Origin: Macrostomum lignano
Lineage: Eukaryota
DNA: 64,000 bases
Direction of reading: 5' to 3'
NCBI GenBank assembly: GCA_002269645.1
Contig: NIVC01000996.1
Span: 186,001 to 250,000, forward strand
A program made the position numbers and the translations under genes. Below, one piece after another: positions 9,801 through 21,100 of the stretch (the stretch's first letter is position 1; every line of letters starts with the position of its first letter). The notes under the pieces are model-generated. The model worked only from the letters and a program-made list of their open reading frames with translations, did not search any database and was not told the origin of the DNA.

Positions 9801-12489
9801 AGGCCCAGAAATTTCAGCAAACTTCAATCGCACAAAAGCAACACATACAGGTACAGTGCAATAACGGTCTAGCATTGAGCAACAAGCACTGCTGAGACAG
9901 TCAGAGCAGACAGGTCTGACAGGACAATGGCTAGGGGTCCTGAATTGCCGTATGAGAAGCAGCAGAAGTTAAAGGGGGGAGAGGGCTTATCATATTCAAA
10001 CCCACGATACAATTTGGCAAGCTCTTTCAAGTCGCACCCTAACTTCTATCTTATCTTATTGAATAGCTCAAATAGAACTGCTGCATCTGGAGAGTGAGAG
10101 AGAGAGAGAGATGGAGCTTTTATTTTGATATTTCTATTTTCTCATCTACCTGCTTCTTTCCCTGCCAGAAATTGTCAGAAGTTGTTGTCAAGCCGTTGCG
10201 AGAGGTCTTGGAAATTAAAGAAAAAGGCAATTGTATATTGGGCAATTGTGGGCACTGGTAGAGATAAAGCTAAGGCGCTGTGTGACTCAAACTCTCTCGC
10301 TTGTTTTGTTCTGCGCTGACTCTGACTTGACTATAGGCTGACTGACTGAGTCACGTTGGCAGCTCTGCGTCACGATGTTTGCCCCGGGTTTTTTTTAGTT
10401 TCATATCGGGTTACAGGTGAATTTATGGCTATGTTAGCCTCTGTGTGAAGCTTGTGCACAGGTGTGAATGCTGAATTCCCTGTTATGCACAGGTGTGAAT
10501 GCTGAATTCCCTGTTATGCACAGGTGTGAATGCTGAATTCCCTGTTATGCACAGGTGGGAATGATGAAAAGATCCTGTTATGCACAGGTGTGAATGATAA
10601 ATTCCCTGTTATGCACAGGTGGAAATGATGAATAGATCCTGTTATGCACAGGTGTGAATGATAAATTCCCTGTTATGCACAGGTGTGAATGATAAATTCC
10701 CTGTTATGCACAGGTGTGAATGATGAATTCCGTGTTATGCACAGGTGTGAATGATGAATTCCCTGTTATGCACAGGTGTGAATGCTGAATTCCCTGTTAT
10801 GCACAGGTGTGAACGCTGAATTCCGTGTTATGCACAGGTGTTAACGCTGAATTCCCTGTTATGCACAGGTGTGAATGATGAATTCCCTGTTATGCACAGG
10901 TGTGAATGCTGAATTCCCTGTTATGCACAGGTGTGAACGCTGAATTCCGTGTTATGCACAGGTGTGAATGATGAATTCCCTGTTATGCACAGGTATGAAT
11001 GCTGAATTCCCTGTTATGCACAGGTGTGAATGCTGAATTCCCTGTTATGCACAGGTGTGAATGCTGAATTCCCTGTTATGCACAGGTGTGAATGCTGAAT
11101 TCCCTGTTATGCACAGGTGTGAATGCTGAATTCCCTGTTATGCACAGGTGTGAATGCTGAATTCCCTGTTATGCACAGGTGTGAAGCAAGGACCACTAGG
11201 AACACTTCGTTATAGAACACACTAGTCTAGTAGTCCTTGGTGTTAAAATTCAGTGTTTTCAGGTTTCCGAACGCACAAGTTTTGCACTTGTTCAAGTACA
11301 TCATGTACTCACCTTCCCTGCTCATGCCAACCCGCAGGCAGGAGCTCAGCCGGCACGCTCGGCACTGATTTCGCAAATTGCGATCGATATGACACTCATT
11401 GATGACTAATCCGCCAGTATTAGCCTCTGTACCGCTTCCGTCTTTGTTTGTTAAAAAATTTTTCGCTTTACACACGTACTTGTGCTGGCGGCGCACCGAT
11501 CGCTTGAAGAAGCCGGCGCATCTAAAAGACAAAATGCACTTTAAATTGGAGAGAGTACATAAACAGAGAGAAAGGCTCTTAATGTACTGCGGACCGAGGA
11601 TTAAAATTATATTGTGTGAGAGAAAGGCGGTTAGGTTGACCGAGGATAAAAAGTACATTGGGAGAGAGAGAAAGTCAGACTGAACGAGGATTAAAAGTAC
11701 ATTGGGAGAGAGAAAAAGAAGGTCAGACTGACCGAGGATTAAAAGTACATTAAGAGAGAGAGAAAGTCAGACTGAACGAGGATTAAAAGTACATTGGGAG
11801 AGAGACAAGGAAGGTCAGACTGACTGATGATTAAAAGTACATTAGAAGAGAGAAAGAGGGTCAGACTGACCGAGGATTTAAAGTACATTGGTAGAGAGAG
11901 AAAATAGGTCAGCCTGACATCGATACATCGATTAAAAGTACATTGATTCAGATTTACCCATCGCAGGCGTAGACTCCGTAATGCTTTCCGCTGCTGAAAT
12001 CGCCGCAAACTTCGCATGGAACGTCCGCAAGAATTCGGCCTGTTAATATATTGGTTGTTGGAGGCGGTTCAGTCAGATGTCAGTTTGGATGTCAGTGAGT
12101 GCTTCAACTCTGGTGTCATGGGGCTCTAATCTGTGAGTCAGTAGGGCTCTAATCTGTGAGTCAGTAGTGCTCTAATCTGTGAGTCAGTAGGGCTCTAATC
12201 TGAGTCAGTAGGGCTTTCATCTGTGTCAGTAGGGCTCTAATCTTTGAGTCAGTAGGGCTCTAATCTGTGAGTCAGTAGGGCTCTAATCTGTGAGTCAGTA
12301 GGGCTCTAATCTGAGTCAGTAGGGCTCTAATCTGGATAATTAGCGGTGCCAGAACCGGGGCATGCAGGGCCGCACAACTGTGCACTTACTGGAACTGACA
12401 TTGGCCCCGCTGCTCCTAGTCCCAGAAGTGGACACAAAAGCCCGGGACGAGCTGCTAGAAGCTGGTGAACGACTTCTTGACGAGTCCAT
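6889..12489 (-). CDS. tlx: Tailless/TLX (NR2E) nuclear receptor, 5 exons: 12489-12390, 12039-11958, 11521-11313, 8692-8135, 7157-6889; 405 aa
   Basis: Spliced product reads [39 protein letters not shown]...[23 protein letters not shown]. The P-box CDGCAG is tll-type. The LBD has RLLF/W..., '[12 protein letters not shown]', 'RFGRLLLLL' and an AF-2-like LVVDMF. All junctions are GT-AG and phase-consistent (1218 nt total). Confidence 0.93.
7330..8122. repeat. 14-bp purine-rich array (GAAGGGAGAGAGAT)n in tlx intron 4
   Basis: Direct reading; begins about 12 nt from the donor at 8134. Confidence 0.93.
8750..9790. repeat. 21-bp minisatellite (GAGTGAGACTCAGAGA[T/A]CTAG)n with longer variants, tlx intron 3
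   Basis: Direct reading. The unit is a multiple of 3, which explains the spurious RSRSETQ and RLRDLGV ORFs. Confidence 0.95.
10452..11184. repeat. 31-bp minisatellite (CACAGGTGTGAATGCTGAATTCCCTGTTATG)n, tlx intron 3
   Basis: Direct reading, about 23 units, each carrying a CAGGTG E-box. Confidence 0.95.
11620..11910. repeat. Degenerate array of about 45 bp (GACTGACCGAGGATTAAAAGTACATT...), tlx intron 2
   Basis: Recurring GGATTAAAAGTACATT blocks. Confidence 0.8.
12121..12333. repeat. 23-bp minisatellite (GTAGGGCTCTAATCTGTGAGTCA)n, tlx intron 1
   Basis: Direct reading, about 9-10 units; contains TGAGTCA and TAATCT. Confidence 0.92.
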
Positions 12490-13047
12490 GTGCGTCGTAT
12501 ACGTATGATGAAGCTACAGTAGTTTTGTTAGAATCTTCTCGAAACTTAATACACAGACACCACACTGCTTGCTCAAAATAGCCATGTATCTATCTATATA
12601 CATATATATATATAGCCTATTATACGGCGCTTATTTTTGGTCAGAACAATTGTTAATGTATCGCAGCAAAATGTGGAGAGTAAGGTAGGGGGTTAAAAAA
12701 AGCATTGACCGCACGCGTGCAGCAACTTTGCAGACTCTGCAGCAGCCCCCCTCCATCGTACGAAAACAAGGTAATGCATATCTTATTTAATAAGAATTTA
12801 ACCAACCAAGTTGAGAATTTCCATTTGGCAGTAGCTTGGAGTCTTGCCCATACTCGTAGACAGAAATTGACGGGAAAAGGCAAACAAGTTTACAGTATAA
12901 TTCTGCGTTAAAAAGGTTGCATCGACTGTCTCTCAGTTTACAAAACTGTTAGACTTTTTTATCTCATAATTTACTGTTTCCGCGAACAGGGCTGCTTGTA
13001 AACATCGGGAGCATTATGGTACAGCCTGTACTATCTTGCTAATCGAA

Positions 13048-13118
13048 GCATCGGTGGTTCAGTGGTAGAATGCTCGCCTGCCACGCGGGCGGCCCGGGTT
13101 CGATTCCCGGCCGATGCA
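13048..13118 (+). tRNA. trnG-GCC: tRNA-Gly (anticodon GCC)
   Basis: GCATCGG/CCGATGC acceptor stem, A box TGGTTCAGTGG, anticodon GCC at 13080-13082, B box GGTTCGATTCC; 71 nt, followed by T-runs (Pol III terminator). Confidence 0.97.
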
Positions 13119-13848
13119 AATTTATTATTTTATATTTTTTAATACTTGCAAAAGCATACATGTAAATTTTTCAGACTAAAAAAACTTCCTTTAATTTTTA
13201 TTCAGTAGATTTGATTTATTTGTACAGGTAATTACGAATTTTATTATAGCTTGTAAAGCTGACTGAGAATGTGAACGCGATATCCCATAAAGCTATACAT
13301 GTACATCTAGACTTTACTTCTACTTTTAGTAGCTAAATGTAAGCTTCGATTATTTTTGCAATTGTACATGTAACTTTCATAGCAGCTGTTTAAAAATTAT
13401 TTCAAATGACAGCAGGTCGCAGCCACACATCGCATTTATTAATTATGTTCGGTTCGGTGTAAATTTCTAAAACCGCAGCAGCTGCCTAAGGCTCGCTCAG
13501 ACAGCGCTGTGACTTGAGAACACACGGGGCATCTAAAAAAATAATGGTCAGGCAGACAAACATCTGCACTCAACGGCAGAGCTCTCTCTTCAGCTTTTCC
13601 AACTCGTAAGTAAAGTGGCAATTATTGGGCAGGCTCAGCTGCTTAAGTGGGCCAGAAGAGGCAGCAGGGACAGAGGCAAAAACTTGATTGCTGTTGTCCC
13701 TAGTTTCACTTAGCAACCATTGAAGCACAATGATTCTTAAATTGCGTTGCAAAAATATGTTTTCTTCTGGTCAATTTTTTGTATTTGACTTGAAAGACTA
13801 CTTGCAGTAGCGAGCTAAAGTTTTTTATCGTATTTTTGATTGATGGTT

Positions 13849-14152
13849 GGGGAAATTGCAGCCTAGTGGTTAGAGTGTCGGACTCACGACTTGAAGGTCG
13901 GAGGTTCGATTCTCGATCCCACTTGGAACAATTGTGTCCTTGAGCAAGACACTTAACTCTGCATTGCTTCAGTTCACCCAGCTGTAAAATGGGTGCCAGC
14001 ATTAGCTGGGGGTAATTGAAGGGTGTGTGGCGACCCCCCAGTCCTTGGACTGAACAGCCGTCGCAGCCTTCAGATGCGCTGCGCAATAGCTGCGGTTGAG
14101 CTGTCGGTTGCACATCTGGCCATTAGGACAGGTGTAATCAATTATAATTATT
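13849..14152 (+). mobile_element. tRNA-derived CORE-type SINE, copy 1
   Basis: A box TAGTGGTTAGAG and B box GGTTCGATTC, then GTGTCCTTGAGCAAGACACTTAAC...CAGCTGTAAAATGGG, matching the MIR/CORE consensus. Tail ends CAGGTGTAATCAATTA(TAAT)n. Homologous copies at 42634-42937 and 44221-44520. Confidence 0.88.
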
Positions 14153-14499
14153 AATGTTTGATGAAAAAACCGACAAAATAAGACAAAAATCGAAACTTCA
14201 CTTAAGATTTCCAGATTAATTACTCAGATTAGGTTTAAAAAAGCATTCTACATTTTGTGTTCTTTAGCAGAAGAACATCAACGTACGTCATAACACTACA
14301 TATTTAAGTGAAAAATTGAGCTAGTCAGTAGAAGCGCTAAATTATTTATTGTTCAGCTTGTCAGTGACAAATAATATTAATCGTACTGTTACAGCTGTGT
14401 CGGACGGAAAGAAATCACTTGTGACAGCGCCAGAGCAAAAGAACAAAGCAATGGGATATTTTTTATCATAATATAAAGCGGATTTTCTACAAGAGATTG

Positions 14500-15135
14500 T
14501 ACAGGGAATCCCTGTTGCATAGTTCTGGATTTCCCACTTTAGATTGGAGGGGAATCTCAGTTGTATACTTAGGGGATTTTCCACTCTAAATAGGGAGGGG
14601 AATCCCCGTTATATAGTTAGGGATTTCCTAGCCTAGATTAGGAGGGGAACCCCCGTTACATAGTTGGAGATTTCCCACTCTAGATTAGGAGGGGAATCCC
14701 AGTTGTATAGTTCGGGAGTTCCCATTTTAAGTAGGGAGGGAAATCATCGTTGCATAGTTGGGGATTTCCCTCTCTAGATGGGGAGGGAAATCCCAGTTGT
14801 ATAGTTTGGGATATCCCACTCTAGATGGAGAAGGGGAATCCCAGTCGTATACTTAGGGATTTCACACTCTAAATAGGGAGGGGAATCCTCGTTGAATAGT
14901 TGGGGATTTCCCACTCTAGATGGGGAGGGAAATCCCAGTTGTATACTTAGGGATTTCCCACCTTAAATAAGGAGGGAATCCCAGTTGCATAGTTTGGGAA
15001 TTCCCACTCTAGATGGAGAGGGGAATCCCAGTCGTATACTTAGGGATTTCCCACATTAAATAAGGAGGGAATCCCAGTTGCATAGTTTGGGAATTCCCAC
15101 TCTAGATGGAGAGGGGAATCCCAGTCGTATACTTA
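14500..15135. repeat. Degenerate array of about 59 bp (..GGGGAATCCCAGTCGTATACTTAGGGATTTCCCACTCTAGA..) starting at the stop codon of the NEF1-like gene
   Basis: Direct reading; the last unit fragment CCCAGTCGTATACTTAG overlaps the TAA stop at 15133-15135. Confidence 0.88.
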
Positions 15136-18100
15136 GTCATTAAGCGAAGCAAACGACGCCCGCAGCATGTCAATTAAAAAGTCGGCATAATTCTCGGCTA
15201 GAAAATCCGACCCCAACAACAGCGTAGCAACGGACAGACAGACAGCCTGCAGACTGGACGCCATCAAGACAATTAAACACACAGGCAGTGGCAGGATGAT
15301 CAGGGCGATAAACAATGGCGTTAAGTCGTCATCGTTTCTTAGTCTCAGGCTGGAATAAAGACGGCCGCTGCCACTGCTGCTCTTATTGTTAGAAAAGATT
15401 CTACCATAGAGACTGACAAGAGGCCAACGGATTTCCGCAACGGAAGCAATATCGCCGCTTCCATCTTCCATAGAGGAGCCATTGTCGCAGTCCAGAGCCA
15501 GACTGCACAAGATGAAGTGCAACGGCAGCTGGCCCAAGCAGAGGGCGCACTCCAGCAGGCCTACCAAACGGTTCCACCAATTTGAATTGTCCAAGTCGTC
15601 AATTCCGTAGAAATCTACCGAATATAGGGCGGCCACCTGGCAGCTGAGCAGCTGGGCGATGAGGAACGGAGCCTGGGAGCGAGGGCCCAGCCAAGCCAGT
15701 AAAAGCACTGGCAGGGCCAGAGACTGCAATTTTTTTTAAGAAAAACAGGTGAAAACTTCATCAGATCAACATTTTACAACGAAGTTGTTTAAGTAGTGAG
15801 GTGACAACATTGAATAGCACTCTGAGCAGATTAATTTTTTTGTTTTTAATATAATTTGAAGTATTATTGACACTCCAACATTTTGCCAGCCAGGCATCTA
15901 CCAGCCAGACATTTTGCCAGCCAGGCATCTACCAGCCAGACATTTTGCCAGCTAGGCATCTATTTCCCAGCCAGACATTTTGCCAGCTAGGCATCTATTT
16001 CCCAGCCATACATTTTGCCAGCTAGGCATCTATTTCCCAGCCATACATTTTGCCAGCTAGGCATCTATTTCCCAGCCAGACATTTTGCCAGCTAGGCATC
16101 TATTTCCCAGCCAGACATTTTGCCAGCTAGGCATCTCCCAGCCAGACATTTTGCCAGCCAGGCATCTACCAGCCAGACATTTTGCCAGCTAGGCATCTAC
16201 CAGCCAGACATTTTGCCAGCCAGGCATCTACCAGCCAGACATTTTGCCAGCTAGGCATCTACCAGCCAGACATTTTGCCAGCTAGGCATCTACCAGCCAG
16301 ACATTTTGCCAGCTAGGCATCTACCAGCCAGACATTTTGCCAGCCAGGCATCTACCAGCCAGACATTTTGCCAGCTAGGCATCTATTTCCCAGCCAGACA
16401 TTTTGCCAGCTAGGCATCTATTTCCCAGCCAGACATTTTGCCAGCCAGGCATCTACCAGCCAGACATTTTGCCAGCTAGGCATCTACCAGCCAGACATTT
16501 TGCCAGCTAGGCATCTATTTCCCAGCCAGACATTTTGCCAGCTAGGCATCTACCAGCCAGACATTTTGCCAGCTAGGCATCTATTTCCCAGCCAGACATT
16601 TTGCCAGCCAGGCATCTATTTCCCAGCCAGACATTTTGCCAGCTAGGCATCTCCCAGCCAGACATTTTGCCAGCTAGGCATCTATTTCCCAGCCAGACAT
16701 TTTGCCAGCTAGGCATCTACCAGCCAGACATTTTGCCAGCTAGGCATCTATTTCCCAGCCAGACATTTTGCCAGCTAGGCATGTATTTCCCAGCCAGACA
16801 TTTTGCCAGCTATGCATCTATTTTCCAGCCAGACATTTTGCCAGCTAGGCATCTATTTCCCAGCCAAACATTTTGCCAGCTAGGCATCTTCCAGCCAGAC
16901 ATTTTGCCAGCTAGGCATCTTTTTCTCAGCCAGACATTTTGCCAGCTAGGCATGTATTTCCCAGCCAGACATTTTGCCAGCTATGCATCTATTTTCCAGC
17001 CAGACATTTTGCCAGCTAGGCATCTATTTCCCAGCCAAACATTTTGCCAGCTAGGCATCTTCCAGCCAGACATTTTGCCAGCTAGGCATCTTTTTCTCAG
17101 CCAGACATTTTGCCAGCTAGGCATCTTTTTCTCAGCCAGACATTTTGCCAGCTAGGCATCTATTTCCCAGCCAGACATTTTGCCAGCTAGGCATTTACCA
17201 GCCAGACATTTAGCCAGCTGCTAATGGTCCAACCAGCGACAAAAAAGCATAAATTTGAGCAATTTTTTTTATTTTACACAGCAAATTTATCTAGCAAAAC
17301 GCATACAACCTACTTGAGCGTGAGTAGTGTCATACATAGTGTCACAAAAACAAAAACGCTAGGAAAAACTTACAATGGCATTGTCCAACGGATTCCAACA
17401 GCCCAACAGCAACAGACAGTAGGCAATAGATAACAAACCATTGAAAAGCAGTTCTTCAATTGCCAATTTTTGTGTTAGTTGAACCAAATCCGGATTTGAC
17501 TGTTAACGAAATTATAGAGAAAAAAATCGATATGAAAAATCATAATTAAAGCAATAATAATATTACCATCTATACTAAAATATTTTACCTTTGCAAGGTA
17601 GTAAAGCCACCTACAGGCTGCCAACTGGTGCAAAACTACTATTAGAGAAAGTGTGAACGAAGACCAGCTTGGCAGTAGTAGTTGGTGCAATCCAGCTAGT
17701 AGTATCACGCAGGCAAAGCTGGAAAAATTTAATTTGACAGACAAAAAATGTCACAATGCAGATGAGGTAAACATTGTATGAATTACAGAAAGCAGAAACT
17801 CACAGAGCAACTGCTGGTTTAAACAGTTTATCGGCACTGATGTTTCCGCACAGAGACAGAGCGAAACTTGACGATATGCTGATGGAGCCAACCAGTGCGA
17901 TGCCAGCTTGATACGACACGAGCGAAGGGTCGAACTGAGCGAGGGGAATAGATAGGAGTCTGATGAAAATACATGACAGTTGAGCGGAATGAGGATCTGA
18001 GAGGCTGGCCCAGCAACTGAGGATCTGGGAGGCTGGCCTAGCAACTGAGGATCTGAGAGGCTGGCCCAGCAACTGGGGATCTGGGAGGCTGGCCTAGCAA

Positions 18101-21100
18101 CTGAAGATCTGGGAGGCTGGCCCAGCAACTGAGGATCTGGGAGGCTGGCCCAGCAACTGAGGATCTGGGAGGCTCGGCTGGCCCAGCAACTGAGGATCTG
18201 GGAGGCTGGCCCAGCAACTGAGGATCTGAGAGGCTGGCCCAGCAACTGAGGATCTGGGAGGCTGGCCCAGCAACTGAGGATCTGGGAGGCTGGCCCAGCA
18301 ACTGTGGATCTGGGAGGCTGGTCCAGCAACTGAGGATCTGAGAGGCTAGCCCAGCAACTGAGGATCTGGGAGGCTGGCCCAGCAACTGAGGATCTGGAAG
18401 GCTGGCCCAGCAACTGAGGATCTGGGAGGCTGGCCCAGCAACTGAGGATCTGGGAGGCTGGCCCAGCAACTGAGGATCTGAGAGGCTGGCCCAGCAACTG
18501 AGGATCTGGGAGGCTGGCCCAGCAACTGAGGATCTGGGAGGCTGGCCCAGCAACTGAGGATCTGGGAGGCTGGCCCAGCAACTGAGGATCTGAGAGGCTG
18601 GCCCAGCAACTGAGGATCTGGGAGGCTGGCCCAGCAACTGAGGATCTGGGAGGCTGGCCCAGCAACTGAGGATCTGGGAGGTTGGCCCAGCTACAGTTAA
18701 ACAGGCAACTCACCACAGTGAAGTAGAGCAGCAGATGCTGACAGGTCAAACCGATGCAGAGAATTACACTCCAGCTGACTTTAGAGGAAATTTTGGATTT
18801 GTTAAGCCAGGCTAACAAATAAACAGACACCACAGCCACAAGCTGAGCTGCCGAAACGATTAGCCTACAAAATACGAGCATTAGAATAAGTTATTAAGGC
18901 TTAATTAGGTAAAAATTATTTCAGTTTAAGAACAGTTTCAATTCTTTACCTGACATTGGAGCTAACAAATGGGATTATATCGTTACGAACTAATCCCAGC
19001 GCTAATGCAGCAGTGCCAGATGAAATTGTTATTAATTTTATCGCAGTCCAATGCGGTGCAAACAGACTTTTGCAATGCAATACCGAGCACAATAGTAGAC
19101 AGAGAACTGCAAAATAGAATTAGACGATATGTATCGAAAAAACGCTAAAAGTATTGATTACTCTTTTACTCACCTATTAACTCAGCCAGATCCAGCTGCC
19201 TATCAAAGATGCTGTTAGCTATCGAAGATAGAATTGAATTGCGTATGCAAACTAATAGGACAGCCACCGACAGAAAAGATGCAATTGGCTGTTGAAAAAA
19301 GTTGTGAAAATGATATTAAATATTCTTACTATGCTACTTAACGGTAGAGTACTATGATAAATATTTTAGCTTTATTTGTTAAAATTTTGATTCTCGAAGC
19401 CTGGGGTCTGGGGAGTGATGGAGCGGAGAGGCTGATTCTCCAAGGAGTCTGAGGGAGTGATGGAGCGGAGAGGCAGATTCTCAAGGATTCTGGGGGAGTG
19501 ATGGAGCGGAGAGGCTGATTCTCCAAGGAGTCTGAGGGAGTGATGGAGCGGAGAGGCAGATTCTCAAGGATTCTGAGGGAGTGATGAAGCGGAGAGGCAG
19601 ATTCTCCAAGGAGTCTGAGGGAGAGATGAAGCGGAGAGGCAGATTCTCAAGGATTCTGAGGCAGTGATGGAGCGGAGAGGCAGATTCTCAAGGAGTCTGA
19701 GGGAGTGATGGAGCGGAGAGGCTGATTCTTTAAGGAGTCTGAGGGAGTGATGGAGTGGAGAGGCAGATTCTTCAAGGAGTCTGAGGGAGTGATGGAGCGG
19801 AGAGGCAGATTCTCAAGGAGTCTAAAGGGAGTGATGGAGCGGAGAGGCAGATTCTCAAGGATTCTGAGGGAGTGATGGAGCGGAGAGGCAGATTCTCAAG
19901 GAGTCTGAGGGAGTGATGGAGCGGAGAGGCTGATTCTTTAAGGAGTCTGAGGGAGTGATGGAGCGGATAGGCAGATTCTCCAAGGAGTCTGAGGGAGTGA
20001 TGGAGCGGAGAGGCAGATTCTCAAGGAGTCTGAGGGAGTGATGGAGCGGATAGGCAGATTCTCCAAGGAGTCTGATGGAGTGATGGAGCGGAGAGGCAGA
20101 TTCTTCAAGGAGTCTGAGGGAGTGATGGAGCGGATGGGCAGATTCTCCAAGGAGTCTGAGGGAGTGATGGAGCGGAGAGGCAGATTCTCAAAGTGTCTGA
20201 GGGAGTGATGGAGTTGAGAGGCTGATTCTCAAGGATTCTGAGGGAGTGATGGAGCGGAGAGGCAGATTCTCAAGGAGTCTGAGGGAGTGATGGAGCGGAT
20301 AGGCAGATTCTCAAGGAGTCTGATGGAGTGATGGAGCGAAAAGGCAGATTCTCAAGGAGTCTGAGGCAGTGATGGAGCGGAGAGGCAGATTCTCAAGGAG
20401 TCTGAGGGAGTGATGGAGCGGAGAGGCAGATTCTCAAGGAGTCTGAGGGAGTGATAGAGCGGAGAGGCAGATTCTCAAAGTGTCTGAGGGAGTGATGGAG
20501 TTGAGAGGCAGATTCTCAAGGATTCTGAGGGAGTGATGGAGCGGATAGGCTGATTCTCCTCGGAGTCTGAGGGAGTGATGGAGCGGAGAGGCAGATTCTC
20601 AAGGAGTCTGAGGGAGTGATGAAGCGGAGAGGCAGATTCTCAAGGATTCTGAGGGAGTGATGGAGCGGAGAGGCAGATTCTCAAGGAGTCTGAGGGAGTG
20701 ATGGAGCGGAGAGGCTGATTCTTTAAGGAGTCTGAGGGAGTGATGGAGCGGAGAGGCAGATTCTTCAAGGAGTCTGAGGGAGTGATGGAGCGGAGAGGCA
20801 GATTCTCAAGGAGTCTAAAGGGAGTGATGGAGCGGAGAGGCAGATTCTCAAGGATTCTGAGGGAGTGATGGAGCGGATAGGCAGATTCTCAAGGAGTCTG
20901 AGGGAGTGATGGAGCGGAGAGGCTGATTCTTTAAGGAGTCTGAGGGAGTGATGGAGTGGATAGGCAGATTCTCCAAGGAGTCTGAGGGAGTGATGGAGCG
21001 GAGAGGCAGATTCTCCAAGGAGTCTGAGGGAGTGATGGAGCGGATAGGCAGATTCTCCAAGGAGTCTGATGGAGTGATGGAGCGGAGAGGCAGATTCTTC

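Noticed and set aside
13440-14500. Extra 3' exons or a RING domain for the membrane-protein gene
   Set aside because: An in-frame TAA precedes the only nearby GT, candidate exons do not join in phase, and Cys spacing is not RING-like.
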